Assembly (NCBI GenBank): GCA_965287045.1
Contig: OZ336886.1
Span: 6,448,001 to 6,512,000 of the forward strand
Reading direction: 5' to 3'
Origin: Carcharhinus amblyrhynchos
Lineage: Eukaryota
Length of the DNA stretch: 64,000 nucleotides
Part shown: piece after piece, positions 1 through 12,116 of the stretch
Position numbering within the stretch: the stretch's first letter is position 1
Layout of the letters: the number at the start of each line of letters is the position of its first letter
The notes under the pieces: generated by a model
Told to the model about the DNA's origin: nothing
What the model saw: only the letters and a program-made list of their open reading frames with translations
Databases searched by the model: none
Made by a program: the position numbers and the translations under genes

Positions 1-71
1 CTTCAACCTGCCACACCAACTCCTCAACCATGTGAGCAGCAAACTGGCACAAGTGGGGCATTGCAGGGACT

Positions 72-412
72 TTATTTTATTCATTTCTGGGACATGGGTG
101 TCAGTGACTGGTCAGCACTTATTACCCATCCCTAACTGAGGGTTTGAGGTTCAACTGAACTGCTGTGGCTCTGGAATCACATATCGGCCAGACCAGGTAA
201 GGAAAGCAGATTTCCTTCCCTAAAGGACATTGGTGAACCAGATGGGTTTTTTACAACAATAGTTTCACAGTCACCTAAAGACTTCTAATTCCAGATTTTT
301 TTATATTGAATTCAAATATCACCAGCTGCTGTGGCAGGATTTGAACCTGGGTCCTCAGGTGTTACTGTCGCTGGATTACTAGTCCAGTGACAGTATCAGT
401 GTGCCATCACCT
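72..412 (-). mobile_element. tRNA-derived SINE, probable Meta-domain type
   Basis: Minus strand has a tRNA-like head (ggttcaaatcc B box), the central aatgtcctttagggaaggaaatctgc..ctggtctggcc domain and a gggatggg..aataa tail. Related copies at about 4530, 8040, 16700 and 23900. Confidence 0.7.
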
Positions 413-592
413 CTGCTTCCAACTGCAACTGTTTAATGACTCACATCATTAAAGACTGCCTCCAACAACACACAGCAGGGGTCTCAAGGGCTCCATTTAG
501 TCACTGAGGAAGCCACTGCTTGGCTCGGTGGTTACTGCACACACTGAAAAAAAAATTCAAACTGCGGTGTGAAGAGAAGAAACTCCAGCCAA

Positions 593-888
593 ATGGTGCC
601 ACAGTGGTCAACACCGCTGCCTCACAGTGCTAGGGACCCAGGTTCGATTCCCGGCTTGGGTCTGTGCGGAGTCTGCACATTCTCCCCATGTCTGCGTGGG
701 TTTCCTCCTGATGCCTCCGGTTTCCTCCCACAGTCTGAAAGACATGCTGGTTAGGCGCACTGGCCATGCTAAATTCTCCCTCTGTGTACCCGACCAGGCG
801 CTGGAGTGTGGCAACTTGGGGATTTTCTCAGTAACTTCATGGCAGTGTTAATGTAAACCTACTTGTGACACTAATAAATAAACTTAAA
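593..888 (+). mobile_element. HE1-like V-SINE, tail type b (tgtgacactaataaataaac)
   Basis: tRNA head with A/B boxes (ggttcgattcc) and V-domain tgcacattctccccatgtctgcgtgggtttcctcc. Confidence 0.85.
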
Positions 889-1604
889 ATGATTCACAAT
901 AGAGAAATATGTCTTCTCATTTCCTGTGGTCATGACAGTTAATCTGTTCCCAGAACAGTGCATTGACCTTTTTAAATAATTACACTGCACCTCTGTTCAA
1001 AACTGAACTAATGACATGTGCTTAGTTACTGGAGGGGGATTAGTGCAGAACTATAGAGAAATGGAAGATTAAAATAACACATCCATAGTTCAAGTATAAT
1101 TACTGCTGGAAAATCTCCTGTTTTGCTGAATTAGACACTACAATTCCCAACTTTCATAACAGGACATTATCAACAAGGGGAAATGAATTACAAAGCTAAT
1201 CCTATCCGGTTTCCAGGGAAACACTTAAGTGTTGTCAGGCTTGGCTGCGAGAATGGGTTACTACTTCATTAATCAATGTTACAGATCTGAACTGTAAATG
1301 TTGAAATAATTGCAGAAAACAAAGTTTTTGAACTCACGGCATCAGTGACTAATCACGGAGAGAAAATCTTTTTGGGTTAACTTTGATTGACCCCAATCCA
1401 GGGATTCTAACAATGCCCAATCCCAATCCCCACACTCTACCACCCAGTTGTGTTCTTAAACGATTCCAGGAATGTTTCCACCCGGCAGTTTCTTCCGAGG
1501 AGGGATCACTGTCCATGTAAAGATTATCCTCAAACATGAATAAAAACAGGAAGTCCACAGGAAAATAATACCTGGGATACAACGAGATAGTTACGGATAC
1601 ATCC

Positions 1605-1845
1605 CATAAAGAATTCAGGAGAATCCTCTTCACTCAGAGAGTGGCCAGAATGTGGCCAACAGGGAATTGCTGAGGCCAATAACATGAAGGGGAAAGTTGG
1701 ACAAACCCATGAAGGAGAAAGGGATGGGAGGCTATTGCTGATCCAATGACATAAAGAGGGGTGGGAGGAGGCTCAGGTGGAGATCCATCCACATGGCCAA
1801 GTTGGGCTGAATGGCCTGTTTCAGGGCTGGCTGCAGATTCTGTGA
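1605..1845 (+). mobile_element. Old CR1 LINE 3' remnant
   Basis: gaattcaggagaatcctcttcactcagagagtgg (RRNFFTQRV-like) and 3'UTR ttgggctgaatggcctgtttc. Confidence 0.6.
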
Positions 1846-1940
1846 TAAAGTCATTTAATACAGGACATGTAAATTCCATGTGAATGAGATGCTGTGGCCC
1901 AAGAATGCAGCACTTGGAACTTTCACTGAAGCACCACGAG

Positions 1941-2015
1941 GGTGGAATTTTCCCAGCGTGCCCACCACGGGTGGGGTTTTCCGGTTTTGGGGTGAGCAGG
2001 GCAGGAAATCCCACC
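1941..2015. mobile_element. Short palindromic MITE-like element
   Basis: Inverted ends ggtggaattttcc ... ggaaatcccacc; related copies at 11907 and 19062. Confidence 0.5.
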
Positions 2016-2080
2016 ACACTGCTCTTTGCCTCTCCTGCCTCAGTATCTCTGACCCACTGAGTCCGGATGACTCTTTGTCA

Positions 2081-2205
2081 AAGCTTTGACATCCACACTC
2101 GAAATGTCAGCTCTTTTCTCTCCTTACAGATGCTGCCTGACCTGCTGAGGTTTTCCAGCATTTTCTCTTTTAGTTTCAGATTCCAGCATCCGCAGTAATC
2201 TATTC
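2081..2205 (+). mobile_element. Penelope-like element terminal fragment
   Basis: acagatgctgcctgacctgctgag..ttccagcattttc..ttcagattccagcatccgcagta motif; the same motif terminates the GIY-YIG-bearing relics at 42-43 kb and 54 kb. Confidence 0.65.
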
Positions 2206-2372
2206 CTGTTTCTTAATCATTTCCCATGACAGAAAGGTATAAAATTATGCAAATAAAGTGGATTACTTTTGGTTCAGTTTGCCTGTATATACATGCGTGT
2301 GGCTTGAACGGGGATGAGTTATCAGCCTCACCGTGTTTTCTTGTTTCCAGTTCTGTGGGTTTGAGCGGTGAT

Positions 2373-3115
2373 TTTTAAAAATTCATTCATGGGATGTGTG
2401 CGTCGCTGGCTTGGCCAGTGTTTATTGCCCATCCCTAGTTGCCCTTGAGGAGTTGGTGGTGGGCTACCTTTGCAGTCCATGTGTTGTAGGTACATCCACA
2501 GTGCTGTTAGGGAGGGAATTCCAAGATTTTAACCCAGTGATGGTGAAGGAACAGCGATATATTTGCAACTCAGGATGGTGAGTGAGGGGAAGTCCACGTG
2601 GAGGTGTTCCCAGGTGCCCTTGTCCCTCTAGATGGCAGTGGTCATGGATTTAGAAGGAATTATCTAAGGAATCTTTCATAGAATCCCTACAATGCAGAAG
2701 GAGGTCATTTGGCCCATCGAGTCCGCACCAACTCTTCGACAGACCATCTTACCCAAGCCTATCCCAGGTATCTCCTGCTCCTGTTCTTCCAGATTGCAGA
2801 GCTCATGGATTTAGAAGGAGCCTCAGTGACTTCCTGCAATGCATCTTGTAGATAGTACACACTACTGCCACTGCTCGTTGGTGATGGAGGAAATGAATGT
2901 TCATGGAATGGGTGTGAATAGAGCAGGCTGGGATGGTGTTGAGCTTCCTGAGTGTTATTGGAGCTGCACCCATCCAAGTAAGTGGGGACTATTCCATCAC
3001 ACTCCTGACTTGTAGATGGTGGATAGGATTTGGGGAGTCAGGAGGTGAGTTACTCGCTGACCTCTGACCTGCTGTTGTCGCCACGGTATTTACGTGGCTG
3101 GGTCCACATCAGTTT
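2373..3115 (-). mobile_element. CR1/L2-group LINE 3' fragment, interrupted by a SINE/CR1 tail at about 2677-2770
   Basis: Reverse complement matches the + copy at 12117-12632 (both give CSSNNTQEAQHHP in the ORF track). Confidence 0.7.
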
Positions 3116-3661
3116 CAACACACAAAGGTTGTCCCTTCTCCGAAATCCTGGACACGCGACTATTTGTCCCAGAGGATTTGTTGGTCAATCACTCAATTGT
3201 CAATTAGCTCCACACACTGATTACAAAAGCCTTAAACAAAGTAAATGTACCACACAAAATAGGAAGCGAGTTAATATTATCCTCAATAGTATTTTCCCAT
3301 TTTCATTCATTTACAATCAGCTTGTTTCGCCTACAATTCCCTTTATACATGACCTGGAAACTGTGAAAAATGTTGTTTTAATCTGGTTGATTTTCTCTGG
3401 TAATGATTATTAAAACACCAACAGTTTTTGCTATTTGCGGACACTCGGATTAGTGCCAAGTGAGAAACTACTGAGAAACGGCCCAACTTCAAACGAGGGT
3501 TCGAGCGAAAGGCCTGGCAGAGTGGTACGCAGTAGACACTGGTGGAAAAAGCACATTGTCGCCCTTGGAAAGGTACCCAAGGAACATTCTTGGACAAATC
3601 ACAGCTTGGCAGCTGGAATGATCTAACCCACCAACTGCTCCAGATCTGTCACCAGTAAAAC

Positions 3662-3915
3662 AGAACTGAAGGAGGAACTTCTTCACTCAAAGGGTGGTGA
3701 ATCTCTGGAATTCTCTGTCCGTTGAAGTGGTGGAGGCTACCTCGCTGAATATATTTAAGTCACGGGTAGATAGGTTTCTGATAGACAAGGGAATGAAGGG
3801 TTATGGGGAGAAAGTGGAACTGATCCACTTCAGATCAGCCATGATCTTATTGAATGGTGGGGCAGGCTCGAAGGGCTAGATGGCCTACTCCTGCTCCTAT
3901 TTCTTATGATCTTAT
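3662..3915 (+). mobile_element. 5'-truncated CR1 LINE 3' end with 7-bp TSD
   Basis: Encodes VNLWNSLSVEVVEA and has a ttcttatg tail like the 38-41 kb copy. Direct repeat gtaaaac at 3655-3661 and 3916-3922. Confidence 0.85.
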
Positions 3916-4100
3916 GTAAAACTGGGAAGCTGGTGTGGACCGCTTTCTAATTCAATATGAGCAGGAATAAAAAACTTATTTTTAATATGTTTTAATTTTA
4001 TTTATTACATCAGTTGAATCCATGGGTGAGAGGTCCCAGTCCAATCTAGTATGTTGCAGAGTCCAGTTTTCACACATTTTATTGCAATAAAAACGCTTTG

Positions 4101-4430
4101 CATAGAAACATAGAAACTAGAAGCAGGAAGAGGCCATTCAGCCCTTTGAGTCTGCTCTGCTATTCATTATGATCATACCTGATCATCAAATTCAATATCC
4201 TGATCCACCCTCCCACCATATCCCTTTAGCCCCAAGAGCTATATCGAATTTCTTTTGAAATCAGACAGCGTTTTGGCCTCACTGACATTCAGTGGGAGTA
4301 AATTCCACACATTCACCACCCTCTGGGTGAAGAAACTTCTCCTGACCGCATTTCAAAAGGTTTACCCCTTATCCTCAAACCAAGACCCCTAGTTCTGGAC
4401 TCCCCCCACCATCAGGAACGTTCTTTCCGA
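4101..4430 (-). mobile_element. CR1 LINE 3' end
   Basis: catagaaacatagaaactagaagcagg tail and fragment of the FFTQRVVNVWN region; similar copy at 43391-43660. Confidence 0.75.
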
Positions 4431-4527
4431 ATCACTTTATTCCACCTTGGATTTTATTTCAAATTTGGTTTGGGATAGATTAACAGGGTACTCTGTTACT
4501 CTTTAATGTCACGTCACATTTTCAAAA

Positions 4528-4808
4528 GTTCATTCTTGGGAGGTGATTTCTGTGGCATTTATTGCCCATCTCTAATCGCCCTTGAACTGAGTGGGTACAT
4601 TTCAGAGGAGATTGAATGGTCAAACACGTTGCTGTGGGTCTGGAGTCACATGTAGGCCAGACTGGATAAGAACAGCAGATTTCCTTCCCTAAAGGACATT
4701 AGTGAACCAGATGGGTTTTTCTGACAATGGTTTCATGGTCATCAGTAGCTCCTTAGTTCCAGATATTTTTACTTAATTCAAATTCCACCATCTGCTGTGA
4801 TGGGATTT
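4528..4808 (-). mobile_element. tRNA-derived SINE, probable Meta-domain type; head missing where the minisatellite begins
   Basis: gctgtgggtctggagtcacatgtaggccagac..ttccttccctaaaggacattagtgaaccagatggg; homology to the copy at 72-412 stops at gggattt. Confidence 0.75.
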
Positions 4809-4812
4809 ATTG

Positions 4813-5850
4813 GTTGGGTGGGGAGGGGGGTGTGGGTTGGGGGAGGGGGCTTGTGTTGGGGGAGGGGGCTGGGTTTGGGGCGGAAACGTGGGTCGGGGAG
4901 GGGGGTGGGTTGGGGAAGGGGGTGTGCGTTGGGGAGGTCTGGGTCAGGGGTGGGTTGGTGGGTTGGGGGAGGGTGTGTGGGTTGGGGAGGGGTTTGTGGG
5001 AGGCCGTGTGGATGTGGAGGGGGGGTGTGGGTTGGGAGAGGGGGGTGTGGGTTGGGAGAGGGGGGTGTGGGTTGGGAGAGGGGGGTGTGGGTTGGGAGAG
5101 GGGGGTGTGGGTTGGGAGAGGGGGGTGTGGGTTGGGAGAGGGGGGTGTGGGTTGGGAGAGGGGGTGTGGGTTGGGGGAGGGGGTGTGGGTTGGGAGAGGG
5201 GGGTGTGGGTTGGGAGAGGGGGGTGTGGGTTGGGAGAGGGGGGTGTGGGTTGGGAGAGGGGGGTGTGGGTTGGGAGAGGGGGGTGTGGGTTGGGGGAGGG
5301 GGTGTGGGTTGGGGGAGGGGGTGTGGGTTGGGGGAGGGGGTGTGGGTTGGGGAGGGGGTGTGGGTTGGGGAGGGGGTGTGGGTTGGGGGAGGGGCTGTGG
5401 GTTGGGGAGGGGGTGTGGGTTGGGGAGGGGGTGTGGGTTGGGGGAGAGGTGTGGGTTGGGGGAGGGGTGTGGGTTGGGGAGGGGCTGTGGGTTGGGGAGG
5501 GGTTGTGGGTTGGGGAGGGGGTGTGGGTTGGGGAGGGGGGTGTGGGTTGGGGAGGGGGGTGTGGGTTGGGGAGGGGGTTGTGGGTTGGGGGAGGGGGTGT
5601 GGGTTGGGGGAGGGGGTTGTGGGTTGGGGGAGGGGGTGTGGGTTGGGGAGGGGATGTGGGTTGGGGAGGGGGTTGTGGGTTGGGGAGGGGCTGTGGGTTG
5701 GGGAGGGGCTGTGGGTTGGGGGAGGGGGTGTGGGTTGGGGAGGGGTTGTGGGTTGGGGGAGGGGGTGTGGGTTGGGGGAGGGGGTGTGGGTTGGGGAGGG
5801 GGGTGTGGGTTGGGGAGGGGGTGTGGGTTGGGGAGGGGGCATGGGGGGGA
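4813..5850 (+). repeat. G-rich minisatellite, 18-21-bp unit GGGGGTGTGGGTTGGG(G/A)GAG, about 50 copies
   Basis: Seven perfect 20-bp units at 5021-5160; the other units vary mainly in G-run length. Confidence 0.97.
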
Positions 5851-6361
5851 AGGGTCAGTGGGCTGGATTGCTCTCAGTGAAGAATCTGCCTGGCTATATT
5901 ACCAGAGGGAAGGGAATTGTGAGTCAGTGTGTTGGGAGTTGCACATTGCTGAGTGACGTGATGTGATACAGATCTGTGGTGTGAGCAGTGGGGTTGTTGC
6001 TGATTAATGTCCCACTGAAATGGGGGTGAAGCTACTCTATGATGGCACATGGCAGCGGTTATAGGCTGGGATGGGTCTCTCAGGGAGAGGGTGATGGAGC
6101 GGACATTGGCGAGCTCGCTGCCCTGCGACAATAAATTGTCAACTCTGCAAAGTGAATTAGATGGTGGATGGGTCAGAGGATTGTCCATTACTACCTGCTG
6201 ATCCCCTAACACAGAGGCAGCTCCCCAGCTTAGGAATCACCAGCTCTACCTTATCTGATCCCTCACCTGTCTCCATCTTGCGAAACTACCCACCCGCGTT
6301 CAGCTATAGATGAACCTTAAGCTTAACTTTGGGAAGTTCAAAGATCTGTAGGTGTTTTTTT

Positions 6362-6660
6362 GTTAAGTTTATTTATTAGTCTCAAGTAGGTTCACATTTA
6401 CACTGCAATGAAGTCACTGTGAAAATCCCCCAGTTGCCCCACTTGGGTGCCTGTTAGGGTACACTGAGGGAGAATTTAGCATGGCCAACGCACCTAACCA
6501 GCACATTTTTCAGACTGTGGGAGGAAACCAGAGCACCCGGAGGAAACCCACACAGACACGGGGAGAATATGCAGACTCCACACAGACAGTGACCAAAGCT
6601 GGGAATGGAACCCGGGTCCTTGGCACTGTGAAGCAGCAGTGCTAACCACTGTACCACCCG
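6362..6660 (-). mobile_element. HE1-like V-SINE, tail type b
   Basis: Reverse complement of the 593-888 family. Confidence 0.85.
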
Positions 6661-7459
6661 TTGTGAGACCATAAGCTGCTGATAAGGAGGGAGGAGGCTA
6701 CAGAGAGAGGAATCTGCTGATCAAGGTGCTGCAGGGACCACTAGCAAATGGAGGTTGTCAGGGCTTACAGAAATGCAAAACTTATTTCAAAATTGAATTA
6801 ACTCAGTGGAAGTTTGGAGACATTTTATGTTGTCAAGTGCAAAACCTGAGCAAAATCTGCAGGGACTGATCGAGTGAGCTTGTGGCAAAGCCGGGGATAA
6901 GAGGGTAAATGACAGCAAAAGTGGGACTGAGACAAATGATATTGAGGAGATTTCAAGGACACTCCAGGATCACCACGAGGAGACAGACAAGAATTGGCCA
7001 GGTGACCGTCTCCTCAATTCTTCCTCCCGATGGGATCTGTTCCCTGTGTTGGGTCGCTTCCACTCATATCTCCCTTCCTGCCTCCTCACACTGGATGTAC
7101 TGTTTTCATTCCAGTGTGATGTGGACTGAGGGATTTCACGACTGGTGTTTTCTGAAGATGGTTATTTCTTTTTTTAAAGAAAGCTTGTTACCGCAAGCTA
7201 TGCATTTTTACCATTAATTCTGTTCCTGGCACAGCTCAGTAGAACATTTCTAATTATCCTTCTGCATTTCAAATTAAACTGATAGCCTGTAATGAGCCTT
7301 GGGTCAAAACACTTCGAAACTCCTCCTTATCACAGGAAAATTGCTATTTCCTTTCGAATGTTTTCTAAAGTGTCCCTTTTAACCGAGGGAATCAACATTT
7401 CTTCATTAAACATGTTGTTGAAACTCTTCCCTCAGTCCCAGAGGACTCCATAGAACTCC

Positions 7460-7760
7460 ACAGAATCCCTATAGCACAGAAGGAGGCCATTTGGCCCATC
7501 GATTCTGCACCAACCACAATCCCAACCACCAGATCTTATTCCTGTAATCCCACATATCTACACTACTAGACACTAAGGGGCAGTTTTCTATGGCCAATCA
7601 ACCTAACCTGCACACCTTTAGTGTGTGGGAAGAAACCGGAGCACTCGGAGGAAAAACCCCACAGACCCCATGCGGGGGTCAGACCCCACCCGAGGCCGGA
7701 ATTGAACCCGGGTTCCTGGCACTGTGAAGTAGCAGTGCTAATCACTGTACTACCACACCA
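7460..7760 (-). mobile_element. HE1-like V-SINE, tail type a (CR1-like, gggattctatg)
   Basis: agaatccctatagcacagaaggaggccatttggcccatcg tail plus V-domain and tRNA head. Confidence 0.8.
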
Positions 7761-8034
7761 CCTTATCTCATCTGCTCCCCCGCCCCTCCGGCCCCCATCG
7801 TTATGAATAAAAACAAGATCATTAGGTAAACGCCAAGAACTGTTAATGAAATGTTTCTCTGACAATGAAAGCCAAATGTGGTCAGTAACCTCCGAGCGAC
7901 CACAGGAACGGTTAGAGTCCACATTGAGAGGAACCCCAAGCTATTTGGTGTGGTTGGACTTATGATTCATTACATAACAGGCAAGCTGACTTTCAGTCTT
8001 TCATCGCTTGATCTGAAAAGATTTGCCAAACAGA

Positions 8035-8350
8035 TTTTTATTTGCTCTTGGGAATGAGGCCATAGTGGCAGGTGCTGATTACTGCCAGCTCTGAGTTAAC
8101 CTGAGGGGGTTTCAGAGTCAGCCAGACAGGGCGAGACTGGAGTTAGGGAAGGGCTGACCTGGCTTGCCTGCGGTGAAGTGAACTGGTCAGATTCTTATAG
8201 AATTCCAGCAGCTTTTGTGGTTCAGTTATCCAGAGCCAGTTCGCAAAGCACCGGATTTATAGAAAGCAGGAGTATGGAAGTTGAAATCCACTTGCCACGC
8301 TGGGATTTGGACGCATGAAGTGTTACCCCAGTGCCTTAACAATTAGCATA
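8035..8350 (-). mobile_element. Diverged tRNA-derived SINE (Meta-type)
   Basis: Weak colinear similarity to 72-412 (cttgccacgctgggatttg head). Confidence 0.45.
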
Positions 8351-8554
8351 CTCAACCCAAGCTCCCTCAATCCATGCAAACTGCTTTAGCAGGTTGAGAC
8401 CAGGAGCCCTTTAATCCGTGACAGGAGATAGAGAACAAACAAAAAACAAAGAACAAAGAACAACACGGCACGGGAAACAGGCCCTTCGGCCCAACAAACC
8501 CACGCCGCCATTTTAACATTGTGCTCAGAACACTGGAGTGTCCTATAAAAGAAT

Positions 8555-8817
8555 AAAGACCTATATTTATATCGTGCCATTCACAAGCATTGAACATCTT
8601 AAAGAATTTTTGAGCAAAGTATTTTTTCTTTGAGGTCCAATCACTGTGGTAGTGCAGGAAATCTGACTGCCACTTTGCACACAGTAAGATCCCACAAACA
8701 GCAATATGAGAATGACCAATAATCTGTTTCAGTGCTGTTGGTGTGTGGTGAACATTGGCCGGGTGACTGGGCGGAACACTCCAGCTCTCCCTCAGAAGTG
8801 CGCCATGGGATCTTTTC
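8555..8817 (-). mobile_element. SacSINE1/DeuSINE-like fragment
   Basis: ttgcacacagtaagatcccacaaacagcaat..aacattggcc..gccatgggatctttt; related to 27575-27910. Confidence 0.6.
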
Positions 8818-8828
8818 GGTCAAAAAGA

Positions 8829-10236
8829 TACATAAGAAACATAAGAACATAAGAAATAGGAGCAGGAGTAGGCCATCTAGCCCTTCGAGCCTGCCCCGCC
8901 ATTCAATAAGATCATGGCTGATCTGTCGTGGCTCAGTTCCACATTCCCACCCTCTCCCCATAACCCTTAATCCCCTCGCTTATCAAAAACCCATCAACCC
9001 GTGTCTTAAAAATATTTAGCGAGGCAGCCTCCACCACTTCAACGGGCAGAGAATTCCAGAGATTCACCACCCTTTGAGTGAAGAAGTTCCTCCTCAACTC
9101 CGTTCTAAATCGCCCCCCCTTTATCTTGAGGCTGTGCCCCCTAGTCCTACTGTCTTTTTTGAGTGGGAAGAGTCTCTCCACCTCTATCCTATCCATCCCA
9201 TTCATCATCTTATACGTCTCAATGAGATCTCCCCTCATTCTTCTAAACTCTAACGAGTACAAGCCTAATTTATTCAGCCTCTTCTCATAGCTCAACCCCC
9301 TCAACTCCGGTATCAGCCTAGTAACCTCCTCTGCACTCCCTCCAAGGCCAAAATATCTTTGCGCAGGTGCAGCGCCCAAAACTGCACACAGTACTCCAGC
9401 TGCGGCCTCACCAATGCCCTATACAGCTGCAGCAAGACCTCCCTACTTTTATATTCAATCCCCCTCGCTATGAAGGCCAGCATCCCATTCGCCTTCCTGA
9501 CCACCTGCTGCACCTGCAAGCTGGGTTTTTGCGACTCATGCACAAGGACCCCGAGGTCCCTCTGCACCGTCGCCTGCTGCAGTTTTTCGCCACGTAAGTA
9601 ATAGTCCTTCCTACCATTATTCCTACCAAAGTGGACCACCTCACACTTGCCAACATTAAATTCCATTTGCCATTTCCTGGCCCATTCGCCCAGCCTATCG
9701 AGATCCTTCTGCAGACTCTCCACACCCTCCGCACAATTTGCCGTTCCCCCAATCTTGGTGTCATCAGCAAATTTCGACACCCTACACTCGGTTCCCTCCT
9801 CCAGATCATCTATATAAATGGTAAAAAGCTGAGGCCCCAGCACCGACCCCTGGGGCACTCCACTAGTCACCATCCGCCAATCCGAATAGCACCTGTTGAC
9901 CCCCACTCTCTGCCTCCTATTTGACAACCAATCCTCTATCCACGCTAACACCCTACCCCCAACTCCATGTCCCTCGACCTTCTGCAATAACCTCTTGTGA
10001 GGTACTTTGTCAAACGCCTTCTGAAAATCCGGAAAGACCACATCCACCGGCTCTCCTCTATCCACCGCCCTAGACACATCCTCATAGAACTCCAGTAAAT
10101 TCGTCAGACACGACTTCCCTTTAATGAAACCGTGCTGCGTCTGCTCTATCAAGAATTCCCTTCAAGATGCCTCGCAATTTCCTCCTTAATGATGGATTCT
10201 AACATTTTACCTACCACAGACGTTAAACTAACCGGC
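8829..10236 (-). mobile_element. Young 5'-truncated CR1 LINE (RT domain, C-terminus and 3'UTR), one frameshift near 9320
   Basis: ORFs 9313-10152 and 8933-9379 carry [23 protein letters not shown] and FADDTK; ttcttatg tail; near-identical to 39820-41223. Confidence 0.95.
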
Positions 10237-10479
10237 AACCTTGATTATTTCTGGGGTGGGACTGGAATTCCCCACCTGATGAGACAAAAGTGTTCTCACT
10301 GCCCCACGGCTGAGTATGGGCTGAGTGCCAGGATTGGGTGACGATTTGTCCTCTCACACTTTCGTTCTCCTACCATCGCACCAAGGAGAATATTACACAT
10401 GCGTCAATTGGTCATAATCCCGGATTCTATCTTGCCAGGTAAGTGTAAAATGAAAATACACCTCCGTTATATCTTCATT

Positions 10480-10835
10480 GAATCGTAGAATCTCTACAGT
10501 GCAAAAGAAGGCCATTCGGCCCATCAAGCCTACACTGACAACAACCCTAATCAGGCTCTATCCCCGTAAATCAATATATTTACCCTGCTAGTTGTCCTCA
10601 CACTAAGCAATTTAGCGTGGCCAATCCAACTAACCTGTACGTCTTAGAACACCAAGGGGCAATTTAGCATGGCCAATCCACCTAACCCACACTCTGTGGA
10701 CTGTGGGAGGAAACCGGAGGAAATGCACGCAGAACGGGGCGAATGTGCGACTCTACACAGACAGTGATTCAAGGATGGAACTGAATCCAGGTCCCTGGTG
10801 CTGTGAGGCAGCAGTGCTAACCACTGTGCCACCAA
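10480..10835 (-). mobile_element. HE1-like V-SINE, tail type a, with short internal duplication
   Basis: caatttagc.tggccaatcca.ctaacc occurs twice (about 10608 and 10660). Confidence 0.8.
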
Positions 10836-11227
10836 GCCTGCCCAAATACAGTGCAGCATAAGAAAAACGAACCTTTTTTACACGATACAATATTTTACTC
10901 ATCTACAATATAATTAACATAGAGGGTCTGTGCTTGAATCCCAGTCTAGATCAGCTTCCCGTTCAGTTTTTATCGCCCAGAGGATGAGGCAATATGCCTG
11001 TCTGGTCTGTGGGAGGCTGGGGAATATCTCTTCTCCTGCACGCTCTAGCATGCCTCCTGGTGGCTAGCCCAGGGACCAGCAAGGGTGCCGGCTACAAAGA
11101 CTTCAAACGCAAACTACCAGAGCCTTTCAACCAGAGGAAAGAACTGATGTGGGGGGAAATATAGAACAAATAATAACAGAAAAGTCACGGATAAAACTCT
11201 CCTTGCCCCATGCTTACAGTCACTGTA

Positions 11228-11534
11228 TCATAGAAAGCCCTCAGTACAGAAACAGGCCATTCAGCCCACTGAGTCTGCACTGACTACAATCCCACCCAGG
11301 CCCTAACCTCCATATTTACCCACTAATCTACACATCTCAGGACACTAAGGTCAATTTTGTAGCATTGCCAATCAACCTAAGCTGCACATCTTTGGACTGT
11401 GGGGGGAAACCCGGAGGAAACCCATGCAGACACGAGGAGAATGTGTGAACTCCACACAAACAGTGACCCGAGCCAGGAATCGAACCCAGGTCCCTAGATC
11501 TGCGAAGCAGCAGTGCTAACCACTGTGCTACCGT
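11228..11534 (-). mobile_element. HE1-like V-SINE, tail type a
   Basis: tRNA head, V-domain and CR1-like tail. Confidence 0.8.
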
Positions 11535-11906
11535 GACTGCTACGGTATCATATCATTTAAAACATTATCGGCTTCATCAAGATGTGCAACATTCAAATCA
11601 AATATACCTTTAAAAAACACATTAAATATTTCAGTTTATTTTTCATTCACTTCAGTTTTGCTGAGGCCAAATTAGGTCAAACGTGGCCTTGATGTCAAAG
11701 GCAGTTAATTCTCACCTCACCTGCGAGTAAAAGGCTGTGAGTAAAATGGAGGCCACACTGGGTTGGTAGTTAGAGTGTGGCGCCTGCAGAGGCACACGGT
11801 GCTGGAGGACATATATGCAGCTGCGACTGTTGGTGTGTCACTGTCCCTGTACAAAGATGGAGCTGTGAGGGCAGGGGGACAGACCATGCAGAGGTCCGCT
11901 GACCTT

Positions 11907-11956
11907 AGGCAGGATTTTCCGATTTTGGGGTGAGCGTGGCTGGAAAATCCTGACCT
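11907..11956. mobile_element. Short palindromic MITE-like element
   Basis: aggcaggattttcc ... ggaaaatcctgacct; shares the core ttttggggtgagc with 1941-2015. Confidence 0.55.
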
Positions 11957-12116
11957 CAGTTTGGGTTCTGCCAGGGCCACTCAGCTCCTGACTTCATTGC
12001 AGCCTTGGTTCAAACACAAACAAAAGAGCTGAGGTGATTGAGAGCGACTGCCATAGTGTTCTATAGAGAAGAAGGCCATTCAGCCTATCAGGTCTGCACC
12101 GACTCTCTGAAAGGAC

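Noticed and set aside
569-851. Short ORFs over HE1 SINEs, and possible tRNA genes
   Set aside because: Recurrent SINE-derived peptides (CVGFLR-type). The tRNA-like heads lack a full cloverleaf and run into SINE bodies.
1349-1633. 94-aa minus-strand ORF with exon-like acceptor
   Set aside because: No recognisable protein similarity, starts in a CR1 remnant, and lies downstream of the gene's stop with no partner exons.
4778-5966. Four overlapping 354-389-aa ORFs (Gly/Trp/Val-rich and Pro/Thr/His-rich, extensin-like)
   Set aside because: Produced by the stop-free G-rich minisatellite; open in several frames on both strands with no splice or domain support.
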